Below are positions 10,025-22,113 of a stretch of DNA of 64,000 bases, piece after piece. Every line of letters begins with the position of its first letter. Position 1 is the first letter of the stretch. The stretch is from Candidatus Tayloriibacteriota bacterium. Lineage in GTDB: Bacteria > Patescibacteriota > Minisyncoccia > Phycocordibacterales > PALSA-1337. The stretch is taken from positions 2,699-66,698 of the forward strand of contig JBAXUB010000003.1 of NCBI GenBank assembly GCA_037129895.1. Direction: 5' to 3'. The position numbers were made by a program, and so were the translations under genes. The notes beneath the pieces are model-generated. The model did no database searches. It worked only from the letters and a program-made list of their open reading frames with translations, and was not told the DNA's origin.

Positions 10025-10106
10025 TGCCGGGGAGAGGACTCGAACCTCCATGAATTGCTTCGCGTGGTCCTAAGCCACGTGCGTCTACCAATTTCGCCAC
10101 CCCGGC
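10025..10106 (-). tRNA. tRNA-Leu(TAG)
   Basis: Cloverleaf GCCGGGG...CGTGG CTTAGGA CCACG, long variable arm, GGTTCGAGTCC. Confidence 0.95.
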
Positions 10107-10271
10107 GTAGATATAACATAGCATGTTTATGTGGGATTGACAAAATGGTATAAACAATGTTATAGTACACACGGCTAAGTTCTCTTACAATGTGATTTGA
10201 ACCAAGTGCCAAAAGTAAACAACCGGGCCTTTATGCCCACGGCTGAATAAGCCAAAAAAGAAAGGATAGTT

Positions 10272-11702
10272 ATGTTAAGTGAAAAATTCGTGCTGACGGT
10301 AAGTCGGCTAGTCATGCCGATCGGATTCGCTGTCGAAAATTTGGTCGCACGTATGCTACTCATGTGGTATGCGTTTGATAGGTTCGTCGGGGTAGATAAG
10401 GCCCCTATCATGTTCTCTCAGGGGGAAGTGATCGGAGTGGATGCTACGTTCGACGCAGATGGTGAGGTGCCTATCGGGTGCGGACAAGGAAGGTTCGGGA
10501 CCGAGCATCCGGCCATCTCGGTGGCCAAAGAGCTCGGAATCCAGGACAACGCGGAGTTGTTACCGCTACTAGGATTTCTGAAAAATGGGACAGGTAGTGA
10601 GTTGCGACTGCAAGTGCTGTTCAAGTCCGTTCGTCGAAAGGTGAACGGTGACCCGAAGACATGCATTCAGGTTATGAGCATCTTCATTGATGCCATAATC
10701 ATGAATGCCCGGTACAATCCGGTCGCATGTCAGAAGGAACTGTCGCTGGAAGAGGTCTTTCAAGGTCTCATCAAGCGCAAGAAGTTCACTGACAAACGAG
10801 CCTGCGCTCATCTGCAAAAGCAGATCGAACTCAGTCTTGCGAACAGTAAAGATGTGACTGAGTTAAATCACGTCCTTATGGCACTGTTCCGTCGTCGTGA
10901 CAAGACTGTGACGACAGCGGATGTGCCTCTCTACAAGGAGGCTGACATCCTCGAGTGGATGGAGTTCGTCCTCACAGCCTATTACCAGCAGCAGATCGAC
11001 TTTGGCAAGGCGCTGGAGGAGGTTCGAGATTTGGAACCTGTCATGGTTCCTACACTGATCGGTAAGAGCAGATTCAAGATGAAGCTCATCACCGTATCGA
11101 GTGAAAATGATCAGGTGGCAAAAGCTGCCAGATCGCTCGGTGCGGACATAGTCTTGCACAGAGAGCCAATGTCTCTACGTCGTCACATAAGTTTTGGTCC
11201 TGTCCGTGGGTTATCTAGCCAGAACCTGGCGAAAATGATCGAGTGGATGGAGGTGCCGAAAAAAATGAAAAGTCGAGTAAAGTGGGCTGATCTGGGAAGC
11301 TTCGACAAGAGTCGCGGGATCACATGGTGGCACGTGGACCGCAACGGAAATCTGCATAATGGTACCAAGTACCGTCCGCAGCCGGAATCGATGATCGCAG
11401 ATTCTTCGATCGTTGATGCGATCCAGCACGCCTTCCATTTCGAGGAACTGAAGTTCTGGTGCAATCATCCGGATCGCAAGATCAGGATCTCGGCCAGAAC
11501 GGAAGGGAAGAAACAGCTCGCCCTTCCTCAGCCCAACGGAAACAATGGGAACGGGAATGGACATCACGAGGTAGCCGGGATCAATGCGGTGGCAACTGCA
11601 TTCGACAAAGCCTTGGAATCCAAGGCAGTCAGGGACGTTGTCAAAGACGTCAAGCCCAAGCGCAGGGTTAGTAAAGGGGACAAGGTTGTCAGCAGGGCAT
11701 AG
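10272..11702 (+). CDS. Hypothetical protein
   Basis: 476-aa ORF with AAGGA RBS, TTGACA-18-TATAGT promoter and downstream hairpin; no family recognised. Confidence 0.75.
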   Translation: MLSEKFVLTVSRLVMPIGFAVENLVARMLLMWYAFDRFVGVDKAPIMFSQGEVIGVDATFDADGEVPIGCGQGRFGTEHPAISVAKELGIQDNAELLPLLGFLKNGTGSELRLQVLFKSVRRKVNGDPKTCIQVMSIFIDAIIMNARYNPVACQKELSLEEVFQGLIKRKKFTDKRACAHLQKQIELSLANSKDVTELNHVLMALFRRRDKTVTTADVPLYKEADILEWMEFVLTAYYQQQIDFGKALEEVRDLEPVMVPTLIGKSRFKMKLITVSSENDQVAKAARSLGADIVLHREPMSLRRHISFGPVRGLSSQNLAKMIEWMEVPKKMKSRVKWADLGSFDKSRGITWWHVDRNGNLHNGTKYRPQPESMIADSSIVDAIQHAFHFEELKFWCNHPDRKIRISARTEGKKQLALPQPNGNNGNGNGHHEVAGINAVATAFDKALESKAVRDVVKDVKPKRRVSKGDKVVSRA

Positions 11703-11818
11703 TACAAATCAAGAACAGGGGGTTCCAGACAACTGGGCCCCCTTTCCTTTTATCTCAACATCCAATAGTTGAATCTGGTATTGTCTAAATCACAAAAACC
11801 TGTTATATTTTCTCGTAC

Positions 11819-11891
11819 GCGCCCATAGCTCAGCTGGTAGAGCAGATCCCTCTTAAGGATAAGGTCGTAGGTTCGATCCCTACTGGGCGCA
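11819..11891 (+). tRNA. tRNA-Lys(CTT)
   Basis: GCGCCCA acceptor stem, loop CTCTTAA, GGTTCGATCC. Confidence 0.95.
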
Positions 11892-12020
11892 CAGAAATGA
11901 AAGTATTATATTAGTAGCAGGTGCATTTATGCACCTGCGTGTGGGGAGCGACTGTCGGAACAATACCGAGCCTAGTCAGGCGAGGTTGTCATTTCATCGG
12001 TCACGTGCAATAATTACTTT

Positions 12021-12308
12021 ATGTCAATAGCAGAAATACAGGAGAAAATTAGTCCAGTTCTCAAGTCATACGGTGTTACTTATGCTGGTATTTTTGGTTC
12101 AGTTTCGCGAGGCGAGGATCTTCCAGGTAGTGATATTGATATACTGATCAAGCTCGGCAAACCAATGGGCATGTTTTCTTATATGAGCCTGATTGAGGCT
12201 ATTCAGGACATATTGGGACGCAAAGTAGATATAGTTACAGAACAGAGTTTAAGTAAGTTTGTTAGACCTTATGTCATGCCTGAGTTAAAGACTATTTATG
12301 AAGGATGA
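12021..12308 (+). CDS. MNT minimal nucleotidyltransferase antitoxin (type VII TA)
   Basis: FGSVSRGEDLPGSDID (GSx10DxD); overlaps the HEPN gene. Confidence 0.9.
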   Translation: MSIAEIQEKISPVLKSYGVTYAGIFGSVSRGEDLPGSDIDILIKLGKPMGMFSYMSLIEAIQDILGRKVDIVTEQSLSKFVRPYVMPELKTIYEG

Positions 12309-12621
12309 GAAAGTCTACATAGAACAGATGTTGGATTCGGTAGCAAAGATCGAAGATTTTACTAGTGGTATGAACAAGGAAGGTTTTATGAATGATTCCA
12401 AAACTCAGAGTGCCGTCATTATGCAGTTGGCAGTGATCGGCGAAATAGTAAAGAAGGTCTCTCCGAAGACGAAAGAAACTAGTGACATACCATGGAAAGA
12501 GATTGCAGGTTTCAGAGATCGAGCTATTCATCATTATTTTGGTATGGACCTGAATGTGATCTGGGATACTGTAGTTTTGGATATTCCAATTCTGAAGGCA
12601 GAACTCAAAAAGATACCATAA
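12298..12621 (+). CDS. HEPN (DUF86/HepT-like) RNase toxin
   Basis: IPWKEIAGFRDRAIHHY containing Rx4H. Confidence 0.9.
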   Translation: MKDEKVYIEQMLDSVAKIEDFTSGMNKEGFMNDSKTQSAVIMQLAVIGEIVKKVSPKTKETSDIPWKEIAGFRDRAIHHYFGMDLNVIWDTVVLDIPILKAELKKIP

Positions 12622-12649
12622 AGCGTTGTTTCATATTTAGTGTTATAAT

Positions 12650-13207
12650 TTGCACATGAATAAAAGTATCAAATTATTTAGACCTCGGTCTATCCGCGGT
12701 TTTACTCTGATCGAGATGCTCGTGGTTATAGCTATCATAGGCATATTGACGGGGATCATCGTCACTAACCTTTCTGGAGCAAAAGGAAAAGCCAGAGATG
12801 CAAAGAGAGTTTCGGATCTGAGTCATATTCAGTTAGCATTGCAGTTATATTTCGATAGGTGTGGTAGGTATCCAGAACCTGATGGTGGAGGAGTTGGTCA
12901 AGGGGGTAATGGTCAATGTAATAGAACAAAGTCGGGTCCAAATTCGGAATATACAATGTCTGATTTCATCCCGTCTATTCCAACACCGACGAGTGAGGCG
13001 GGGCAGACGGTTTATGGGTATGACTATGATTCAATTAAACCATATACCTACGTACTATATGCTGCCCTCGAATCTCCGAGTGCGGCTGTAAATGATGGTT
13101 TGAAGGCTGTGAGTGGTAGCCCGTCCTATTCTATCGGTACAAAAACTCTTACCTGTGGCGACAACACCACTGCCGGTTCCGTCCTCTATTGTCTCGGACC
13201 AAACTAA
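12650..13207 (+). CDS. Type IV pilin / GspG-like pseudopilin
   Basis: GFTLIEMLVVIAII N-methylation motif; ARDAKRVSDL. Confidence 0.9.
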   Translation: MHMNKSIKLFRPRSIRGFTLIEMLVVIAIIGILTGIIVTNLSGAKGKARDAKRVSDLSHIQLALQLYFDRCGRYPEPDGGGVGQGGNGQCNRTKSGPNSEYTMSDFIPSIPTPTSEAGQTVYGYDYDSIKPYTYVLYAALESPSAAVNDGLKAVSGSPSYSIGTKTLTCGDNTTAGSVLYCLGPN

Positions 13208-13211
13208 GAAC

Positions 13212-14015
13212 ATGGATACACTTTCACTCGTTCTATCATTCATATTCGGCACGGTTATCGGAAGTTTCTTGAACGTAGTATCTCTGCGTTTCAATACAGG
13301 AACAGGTATAGGGGGTAGATCCAAATGCATGTCATGTGGAACGACTCTCACATGGAGGGAACTCGTACCACTTTTCAGTTACACAGTGCAGCTCGGCAAG
13401 TGCAAGAAGTGCAAGAGCAAGATCTCTTGGCAGTATCCACTAGTCGAATTCGTAGGTGGAGCATTATTCGTTCTCATATTCATCACATTTCCTCCACTTT
13501 CATTACTTTCAGGGATCACGACATTCTTGTATGTGATCGCTAGTTGTCTCCTGTTGGTAATGTCTGCATATGATATAAAACACAAGATAATACCAGATCA
13601 GTTCGTGTATACATTCATCTTGATTTCACTCATCAACCTATGTGTTGGTGGCACGTCACTACTGCATGTTCCTAGTATTTCAGCTTTTGCTGCTGGACCA
13701 CTGCTCGCTCTACCATTCGCACTGCTCTGGTTGGTATCGAAAGGTACATGGATGGGACTGGGTGATGCGAAATTGGTCCTCGGAATAGGATGGTTCACTG
13801 GGATCAGTCTAGGGATCAATGCTCTCATACTAGCTTTCTGGATCGCAGCAGGCGTCTCTGTTATATGGCTATTTTCTACATACAAGAAATTCAAATCAAA
13901 GACCGAGATACCTTTTGGACCATATCTCATATTGGGTATGTATTTGGTTATCGTATTCCATATTCAAGTTATCGATATTCAGCTCATAAAGGAATTATTG
14001 ATCGCGTATTTATAA
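13212..14015 (+). CDS. pilD: Prepilin peptidase (A24)
   Basis: GSFLNV, two CxxC, QYPLVE, MGLGDAKL, IPFGPY; start at ATG 13212. Confidence 0.93.
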   Translation: MDTLSLVLSFIFGTVIGSFLNVVSLRFNTGTGIGGRSKCMSCGTTLTWRELVPLFSYTVQLGKCKKCKSKISWQYPLVEFVGGALFVLIFITFPPLSLLSGITTFLYVIASCLLLVMSAYDIKHKIIPDQFVYTFILISLINLCVGGTSLLHVPSISAFAAGPLLALPFALLWLVSKGTWMGLGDAKLVLGIGWFTGISLGINALILAFWIAAGVSVIWLFSTYKKFKSKTEIPFGPYLILGMYLVIVFHIQVIDIQLIKELLIAYL

Positions 14016-14034
14016 ATCATGATATAATGATCGT

Positions 14035-14631
14035 ATGATCCGCCTTCGAAAACATAATAAAGGCTTCACTCTCGTCGAACTTCTGGTCTGTATTGTGATC
14101 TTCGTCATCATGACCGCACTACTCGTGGTCAAATACGGCAATTTCAATCAGAATATCCTAGTCACCAACTTGGCGTATGACACTGCTCTCGCCATTCGCA
14201 CTGCACAGAATTACGGATTGAGTGTGAAAGCAGCTCAGACGACAACTGATTGTAGTAATGATTCATCATCGGCGTTTCAATGCGCGTATGGTGTGGAGTT
14301 TAATGCACCTAGTGGTAATTCATTTATTTTGTTTGCGCACGTGCCAATTACTACCGAGACTGGCATGTATGTTGAAGGAACTGATTCAAAAATGACAACA
14401 TATAATATGAAAAGTGGAGCCGTGATCACCAGGTATTGTTTCAATGAAAATGATTGTTCGAGTCTTGAAATAGGTAAATTGGATATCCTATTCAAACGTC
14501 CAGATCCGACGGCTCTCATATATTATGAAGGTAATCTCAAGTCATATGTGAAAATCATGATCCTGGGCACTGATGGAACGAAACGGAACATAAGCATTCG
14601 TAGCAACGGTCAAATATCTGTAGATATATAA
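14035..14631 (+). CDS. Minor type IV pilin
   Basis: GFTLVELLV motif. Confidence 0.88.
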   Translation: MIRLRKHNKGFTLVELLVCIVIFVIMTALLVVKYGNFNQNILVTNLAYDTALAIRTAQNYGLSVKAAQTTTDCSNDSSSAFQCAYGVEFNAPSGNSFILFAHVPITTETGMYVEGTDSKMTTYNMKSGAVITRYCFNENDCSSLEIGKLDILFKRPDPTALIYYEGNLKSYVKIMILGTDGTKRNISIRSNGQISVDI

Positions 14632-14632
14632 T

Positions 14633-15298
14633 ATGAAAAAGGAATTTTCAATTTTTACAAACAAATATTCAAAAGGTTTTACTCTAGTTGAGATGATCGT
14701 ATCTCTTGCCATATTTTCCATAGTGGCTGTCGTCGCACTAGGTGCACTCATGAAGATCATCGGTGCCAATAAGAAGGCACAGACTCTGCAGTCTGCTATG
14801 ACGAATATCAACTTTGCTCTCGAATCTATGTCGCGTGAGATGAGAGTGGCGTCTAAGTTTGCGTGTTTTAATAGTGAAAATGCTGGTATTCAACCTAGCG
14901 ATACATTCTCAGCTGGTAACTGTACCAGTGGGCTTTTGAGTGAGAGTAATGTTCCTAATCCAGTAACTATCGCATTCAAGTCTTCGCATATAGGTGACGG
15001 CAACAATGGTGTGAAATGTAACCTTATTTATGCCTACAGCCTATCATATGACATTAACAAAAAAAGATGGAATATGAAGAAGGCAACACAGGGTAATTGT
15101 AATAGTGCAATTAATTCAAATAGTTACACATCCATCATAGACGATAAGGTGATCATCACAGATTGGTATGTCAAAATGACCAATGAAAAATATCCTCGTA
15201 TGCTTATCCGACTATCAGGTTATGTAGGAGATCAAGAGATCAATAAAACATTTTTCGATGTACAAACAGCCGTAGCATCTAGGCTAATGACGATCTGA
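14633..15298 (+). CDS. Minor type IV pilin (PilW-like)
   Basis: GFTLVEMIV motif; MSREMR. Confidence 0.88.
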   Translation: MKKEFSIFTNKYSKGFTLVEMIVSLAIFSIVAVVALGALMKIIGANKKAQTLQSAMTNINFALESMSREMRVASKFACFNSENAGIQPSDTFSAGNCTSGLLSESNVPNPVTIAFKSSHIGDGNNGVKCNLIYAYSLSYDINKKRWNMKKATQGNCNSAINSNSYTSIIDDKVIITDWYVKMTNEKYPRMLIRLSGYVGDQEINKTFFDVQTAVASRLMTI

Positions 15299-15305
15299 TA
15301 TCAAA

Positions 15306-15908
15306 ATGAAATATTTATTTAATAAAAATAGGCATAATGAATCGAGTCCATTCAGAAATGGAGGTTTTACGATCATAGAAACTCTCGTGGCTATAACTGT
15401 ACTCATGATCGCCATCGCAGGACCTCTCGTCGTAGCTAGTAAGGGCTTGAATACTGCTCTATATGCTAGAGATCAGGTCATAGCTTCTAGCCTCGCTCAG
15501 GAAAGCATGGAGTTGATAAAGAATATGAAGAATAACAATCTTCAACTGCAGCAGACAGATGGTACGAGAGAGTGGTTGAATGGAATAATTAGTCCGGGTG
15601 TTGGAAATTCATGTACTGATGTACTTAGCTACTGTGATGCTAGTGTTATCGATGGTGTGAATAGTGTTAATGTCGGCGGTACTCTCGGCTATCCTATCTA
15701 TTTTAATAAATCAACAGGATATGGAACTAACGATACTGATGCAGTAAAAACAATTTTCTATAGGTATTACTATCTGACAACGGGTAGTGGTAGTTCATGT
15801 TCATCATCAGATAGTAACTGCACGATACACGTGGTTGTGTCATGGAATGAAGGTCCCGTGCCGTATGATATGGAACTGAGTAGTGAGATCGTTAGTAACT
15901 TGCCATAA
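15306..15908 (+). CDS. Minor type IV pilin (PilV-like)
   Basis: GFTIIETLV; LAQESMELIK; VVVSW. Confidence 0.88.
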   Translation: MKYLFNKNRHNESSPFRNGGFTIIETLVAITVLMIAIAGPLVVASKGLNTALYARDQVIASSLAQESMELIKNMKNNNLQLQQTDGTREWLNGIISPGVGNSCTDVLSYCDASVIDGVNSVNVGGTLGYPIYFNKSTGYGTNDTDAVKTIFYRYYYLTTGSGSSCSSSDSNCTIHVVVSWNEGPVPYDMELSSEIVSNLP

Positions 15909-15913
15909 CAATC

Positions 15914-16465
15914 ATGAAATCATCCAGTATATATCAAGTGAATAGGAATGGCGGTTACACTCTGCTTTTCGCCATGCTCACTGCTGCTCTAGTTCTCGGT
16001 GTGGCTGTTTTCATAATATCTATAAGTAGGGGACAGTATCTGTTGTCTTCAACCGCCCGCGAATCAATGTTCGCTGTGTATGCGGCCGATAGCGGACTAG
16101 AATGTGGATCATTAGCAGCAGTTTCTACTTTACTCTCTACTACGAGCGCTGCATATGATAGCGCAGGGACTATTAGTTGTGGTGGAAGTGAGCCGCAAAT
16201 ATCTGCATACGGTCAATTGGCTGAATATGCTGGACTAAAAAATGATACCGCCTACAAAGCTGGAGTATCCATAATATTTGGAACTGGGGTCAATACCCGT
16301 TGTGCGCAAGTTGCTTTTATAAAGGGTATGACTGAAGATGGTCTATATCCGGTAACTATCATTGAATCACGAGGATATAACAGAGACTGTCCTGCTGCTA
16401 ATACTCCAATAGACCCACTAACTGTCGAGAGAGCACTCGTTCTAACACATGTCGGACAGGAATAA
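15914..16465 (+). CDS. PilX-like minor pilin
   Basis: GYTLLFA without E5; AVYAADSGLEC; IESRG. Confidence 0.8.
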   Translation: MKSSSIYQVNRNGGYTLLFAMLTAALVLGVAVFIISISRGQYLLSSTARESMFAVYAADSGLECGSLAAVSTLLSTTSAAYDSAGTISCGGSEPQISAYGQLAEYAGLKNDTAYKAGVSIIFGTGVNTRCAQVAFIKGMTEDGLYPVTIIESRGYNRDCPAANTPIDPLTVERALVLTHVGQE

Positions 16466-16471
16466 TTGTGA

Positions 16472-18798
<2,327 letters not shown>

Positions 18799-18829
18799 AT
18801 ATGTGGAAATGCTCCGCCAGAATATAACC

Positions 18830-20281
18830 ATGAAAATCGAACTCAAAGGAATGACAATAGAGAAGGCACATGCACATCTCATGAAAGGTGACTTTACTTC
18901 TGTTGAGCTAACCGAGGCGTATCTAGATGTTATAAAAAATAGAGACACTGAAGTTCATGCATATCTGGAAGTATTCAATGACGCTGTTGGATCAGCCAGG
19001 GAAGCTGACAAAAGGATAGCGAATGGAGATAAAGGAATGCTTGTCGGTATACCAGTGGCTGTGAAGGACAATATTCTGATAAAAGGTAAAATCGCGAGCG
19101 CCGCATCCAAGATGCTGGAGAACTATCATGCGACGTATGATGCGACAGTTATAGAAAAATTGAGGAGAGAAGGAGTCGTATTTATCGGCAGGACGAACAT
19201 GGATGAATTCGCTATGGGAGGGTCAACTGAAAACTCTGCTTACGGAGCTACCAAGAATCCTCATGATGTGACCCGCATCGCTGGTGGATCATCTGGTGGA
19301 TCAGCAGCAGCAGTCGCTATGGATGGTGCAGTCTTCTCGTTGGGTTCTGATACTGGTGGTTCTATCAGACAGCCAGCAAGTTTCTGTGGAGTAGTTGGTT
19401 TGAAGCCAACTTATGGAAGTGTTTCTAGGTATGGAGTTATGGCGATGGGATCATCCCTAGATCAGATCGGGCCTATCACAAAAACGGTTGCAGATAGCGA
19501 GATCGTCTTCAATGCTATAAGAGGCAGAGATGTGAAAGATGGTACAACGATCAGTGAAGATACTTATGAAAAAATTGCCAATAATGGCAAGAAGAAACCG
19601 ATAATAGGGATTCCTAGACATTTCTTGAGTGGAGATGGTATAGACAAAGGAGTCATGAAGGCTTTCGATCAGGCGGTCCAGATATTGAAGAATGATGGCT
19701 ATGAAATAAAGGAAATAAAATTACCGAATATTTCATATTCACTCATGGTTTATTACATCATCATGCCTGCAGAAGTTTCTGCGAATATGGCGAGATTCGA
19801 TGGTATGAGATTTGGTCTCTATAAGGAAGGTGCAAACGGTATACAGGACTATTTTGAATCACGTCGTGCCGGACTCGGTCGTGAAGTCATCCGTCGTATC
19901 TTGCTCGGAACATACGTTTTGTCATCTGGATATTATGATGCGTATTACAATAGAGCGAACGCTGTTCGTAATATGATCACTGAGGATTTCTTAGAAGCGT
20001 TCAAGTCGGTTGATGCGATCATCACACCGACGGCACCATCTCCAGCTTTCAAGATCGGTGAAAAAACTAGTGATCCTATAGCGATGTACCTCGAGGATAT
20101 ATTTACTGTCACAGCTAACCTGACTGGATTGCCAGCAATCTCTGTTCCTATCAAGCCACAGGGCGCTGTAGAATATTCTGGTACCAATATGCCTATTGGT
20201 TTACAGATAACAGCGAGACATGGGTGTGAGTCGACATTATTTGAAATTGGTAAGGATGTGGAGTTAACAAAACCGGCGTAA
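18830..20281 (+). CDS. gatA: Asp/Glu-tRNA amidotransferase subunit A
   Basis: Amidase signature GGSSGGSAAAV, GSDTGGSIRQP, TNMDEFAMG. Confidence 0.96.
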   Translation: MKIELKGMTIEKAHAHLMKGDFTSVELTEAYLDVIKNRDTEVHAYLEVFNDAVGSAREADKRIANGDKGMLVGIPVAVKDNILIKGKIASAASKMLENYHATYDATVIEKLRREGVVFIGRTNMDEFAMGGSTENSAYGATKNPHDVTRIAGGSSGGSAAAVAMDGAVFSLGSDTGGSIRQPASFCGVVGLKPTYGSVSRYGVMAMGSSLDQIGPITKTVADSEIVFNAIRGRDVKDGTTISEDTYEKIANNGKKKPIIGIPRHFLSGDGIDKGVMKAFDQAVQILKNDGYEIKEIKLPNISYSLMVYYIIMPAEVSANMARFDGMRFGLYKEGANGIQDYFESRRAGLGREVIRRILLGTYVLSSGYYDAYYNRANAVRNMITEDFLEAFKSVDAIITPTAPSPAFKIGEKTSDPIAMYLEDIFTVTANLTGLPAISVPIKPQGAVEYSGTNMPIGLQITARHGCESTLFEIGKDVELTKPA

Positions 20282-20301
20282 TAATTTGCTATAATATACC
20301 T

Positions 20302-20862
20302 ATGGATTTGATTCCAGCATTAGTCAAATTAGTCGAAACCGTTTTTGGATGGTATCCAGTTTTGGCGGCTGTCATCAAACAAGTGATCAGTTTCTTCATC
20401 ACTATATCTTTTCCGATATCTCTGGTATTTTTCATTGGTATAATATATTGCGTTGAAAACCTGAAGAGGATACGCAATCGTGAAGAAGAGATATATGACA
20501 CAAAGACCGAGCCTGCATATGAGGTCGGAGCGAAGGTGGACAAACATTTGACAGGGCGTTGGGAAAGCGTACAGAGACATATGAGCTCGACCAATCAGAA
20601 TGATTGGAAACAGGCCATCATCGAAGCTGATGTGATGCTCGATGATATATTGACCAAGATGGGTTATAGGGGAGAGTCAGTAGGGGAAAAATTGAAGCGA
20701 GTAGCTACTGGAGATTTCGCATCACTAGATGAGGCTTGGGAGGCACACAAGGTGAGAAATAGGATAGCTCATGATGGAGCAACATTCGTATTATCAGAGC
20801 ATGATGCCAAGCAGACAATTCAAAAGTATAGGAAGGTGTTCGAGGAGTTCTATTATATTTAA
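20302..20862 (+). CDS. Conserved hypothetical membrane-anchored protein
   Basis: TM helix, AIIEAD and AHKVRNRIAHD (contains an Rx4H-like motif). Confidence 0.75.
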   Translation: MDLIPALVKLVETVFGWYPVLAAVIKQVISFFITISFPISLVFFIGIIYCVENLKRIRNREEEIYDTKTEPAYEVGAKVDKHLTGRWESVQRHMSSTNQNDWKQAIIEADVMLDDILTKMGYRGESVGEKLKRVATGDFASLDEAWEAHKVRNRIAHDGATFVLSEHDAKQTIQKYRKVFEEFYYI

Positions 20863-20865
20863 AAG

Positions 20866-20886
20866 TGTAGAGGTCAGACCTCTGCA
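20866..20886. repeat. 21-bp palindromic REP-like unit
   Basis: TGTAGAGGTCAGACCTCTGCA; near-identical copy at 21506-21526. Confidence 0.75.
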
Positions 20887-20943
20887 GTGGGGTGGTGGTG
20901 AGAGTTGTTGCTTTGGTAGCTTTTTCGTATATACTTGCAATAT

Positions 20944-21456
20944 ATGAATGCTCTTTTCACCATGGGGGTGGTTTTGGCCATATTTCTAGGGGCCAGTTAC
21001 TGCTTCCTATATAGATCGTACAAGCGCATCGCTAGGCGATGTCGCAAGAAAGACTGTGGTCGCACAGGAGTGAAGAGGATCTGCAAGATACTCCCAGCTC
21101 GTGATGAGAACGTGGTCTCTTTTCGGAGTCCAGAAGGAAAACCTCGGTGGTTCATCCGTCGGATTATCAAGTTGACATTCACTCAGTGCAAATGTGGCTG
21201 GGTCGAATTGGTCAAGATCGATACTGATCCTATGTCTCTGTGGCACGCTTGGTGGGCCATGAAGTTTCATAAAGATCAGTTCATGTTCACTGAGCCCAAG
21301 CTCATAGAAGCGGCGCAGGCAAAGATGCGGAAGTTGTATCTAGGGGGCAAACACGAAAGTCTAGATCCCCAGACAACAGACACACCAACTTTGTCGCCAA
21401 AATCATTGTTCCGTGACTATTTCGAGGAGATCTCTGAAGTCATCGACAAAATTTAG
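20944..21456 (+). CDS. Hypothetical membrane-anchored Cys-containing protein
   Basis: N-terminal TM helix, CRKKDC and CKC, downstream terminator. Confidence 0.65.
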   Translation: MNALFTMGVVLAIFLGASYCFLYRSYKRIARRCRKKDCGRTGVKRICKILPARDENVVSFRSPEGKPRWFIRRIIKLTFTQCKCGWVELVKIDTDPMSLWHAWWAMKFHKDQFMFTEPKLIEAAQAKMRKLYLGGKHESLDPQTTDTPTLSPKSLFRDYFEEISEVIDKI

Positions 21457-21505
21457 TAAGTTTCGGTTTCAAGGCATGTATACCTCCCGTATGCATGCCC
21501 TTTTT

Positions 21506-21526
21506 TGTAGAGGTCTGACCTCTACA
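21506..21526. repeat. 21-bp palindromic REP-like unit
   Basis: TGTAGAGGTCTGACCTCTACA. Confidence 0.75.
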
Positions 21527-21641
21527 TGAGGGGGGTGTATGTAGTTATTCACCATTTACAAGCCATATTGGCTCCACTTCATAATATAATCATGATATAA
21601 TAGCCGGTAATAGGTGGATCAATATTCACGCGTTTACCTTT

Positions 21642-22016
21642 ATGGAATCAAACAAAAAAAAGATATTAGTACTGGAAGACGAAAAAGCGCTATCTAGGGC
21701 ACTAGAACTCAAACTCACGCATGAGGGATTTGAAGTCAAGACAGGTATAAACGGAGATGATCTACTCAGTGTACTATCGAAAGACAAGTATTCACTCATC
21801 ATCTGTGATCTATTGATGCCCAAGACTGATGGATTCCAGGTACTACAGCTTCTCAAAGACAATAATATGAAGATCCCTGTGATAGTTCTCACAAACCTGA
21901 GCCAGGCAGAAGATGAAAGGAAAGTTAGAGAATTGGGGGCAGTGGAATATTTCGTGAAGTCAGATATACCTATTTCTGAAGTGGTTGAGAAAGTCAAAGT
22001 CAGAATCGCCAAGTGA
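21642..22016 (+). CDS. Stand-alone response regulator receiver
   Basis: ILVLEDE, DLLMP, LTN, FVK. Confidence 0.92.
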   Translation: MESNKKKILVLEDEKALSRALELKLTHEGFEVKTGINGDDLLSVLSKDKYSLIICDLLMPKTDGFQVLQLLKDNNMKIPVIVLTNLSQAEDERKVRELGAVEYFVKSDIPISEVVEKVKVRIAK

Positions 22017-22113
22017 TCGGCTATAGTTTTTGTGTAGCACATAGAAATTTGCAAAGTAGAGTCAGTACATTTTATAAAACTAAAATAATTTAATAAAAAG
22101 ATTAAATAAATAT

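Noticed and set aside
9714-10041. CRISPR array
   Set aside because: The repeats are tRNA 3' ends of 18 bp, the spacers exceed 120 nt, and no cas genes are present.
9688-10212. ORFs of 105, 75 and 82 aa
   Set aside because: They overlap tRNA-Leu and palindromic spacers and show no protein features.
12021-12621. MNT-HEPN pair as a novel system
   Set aside because: It is a well-described type VII toxin-antitoxin pair.
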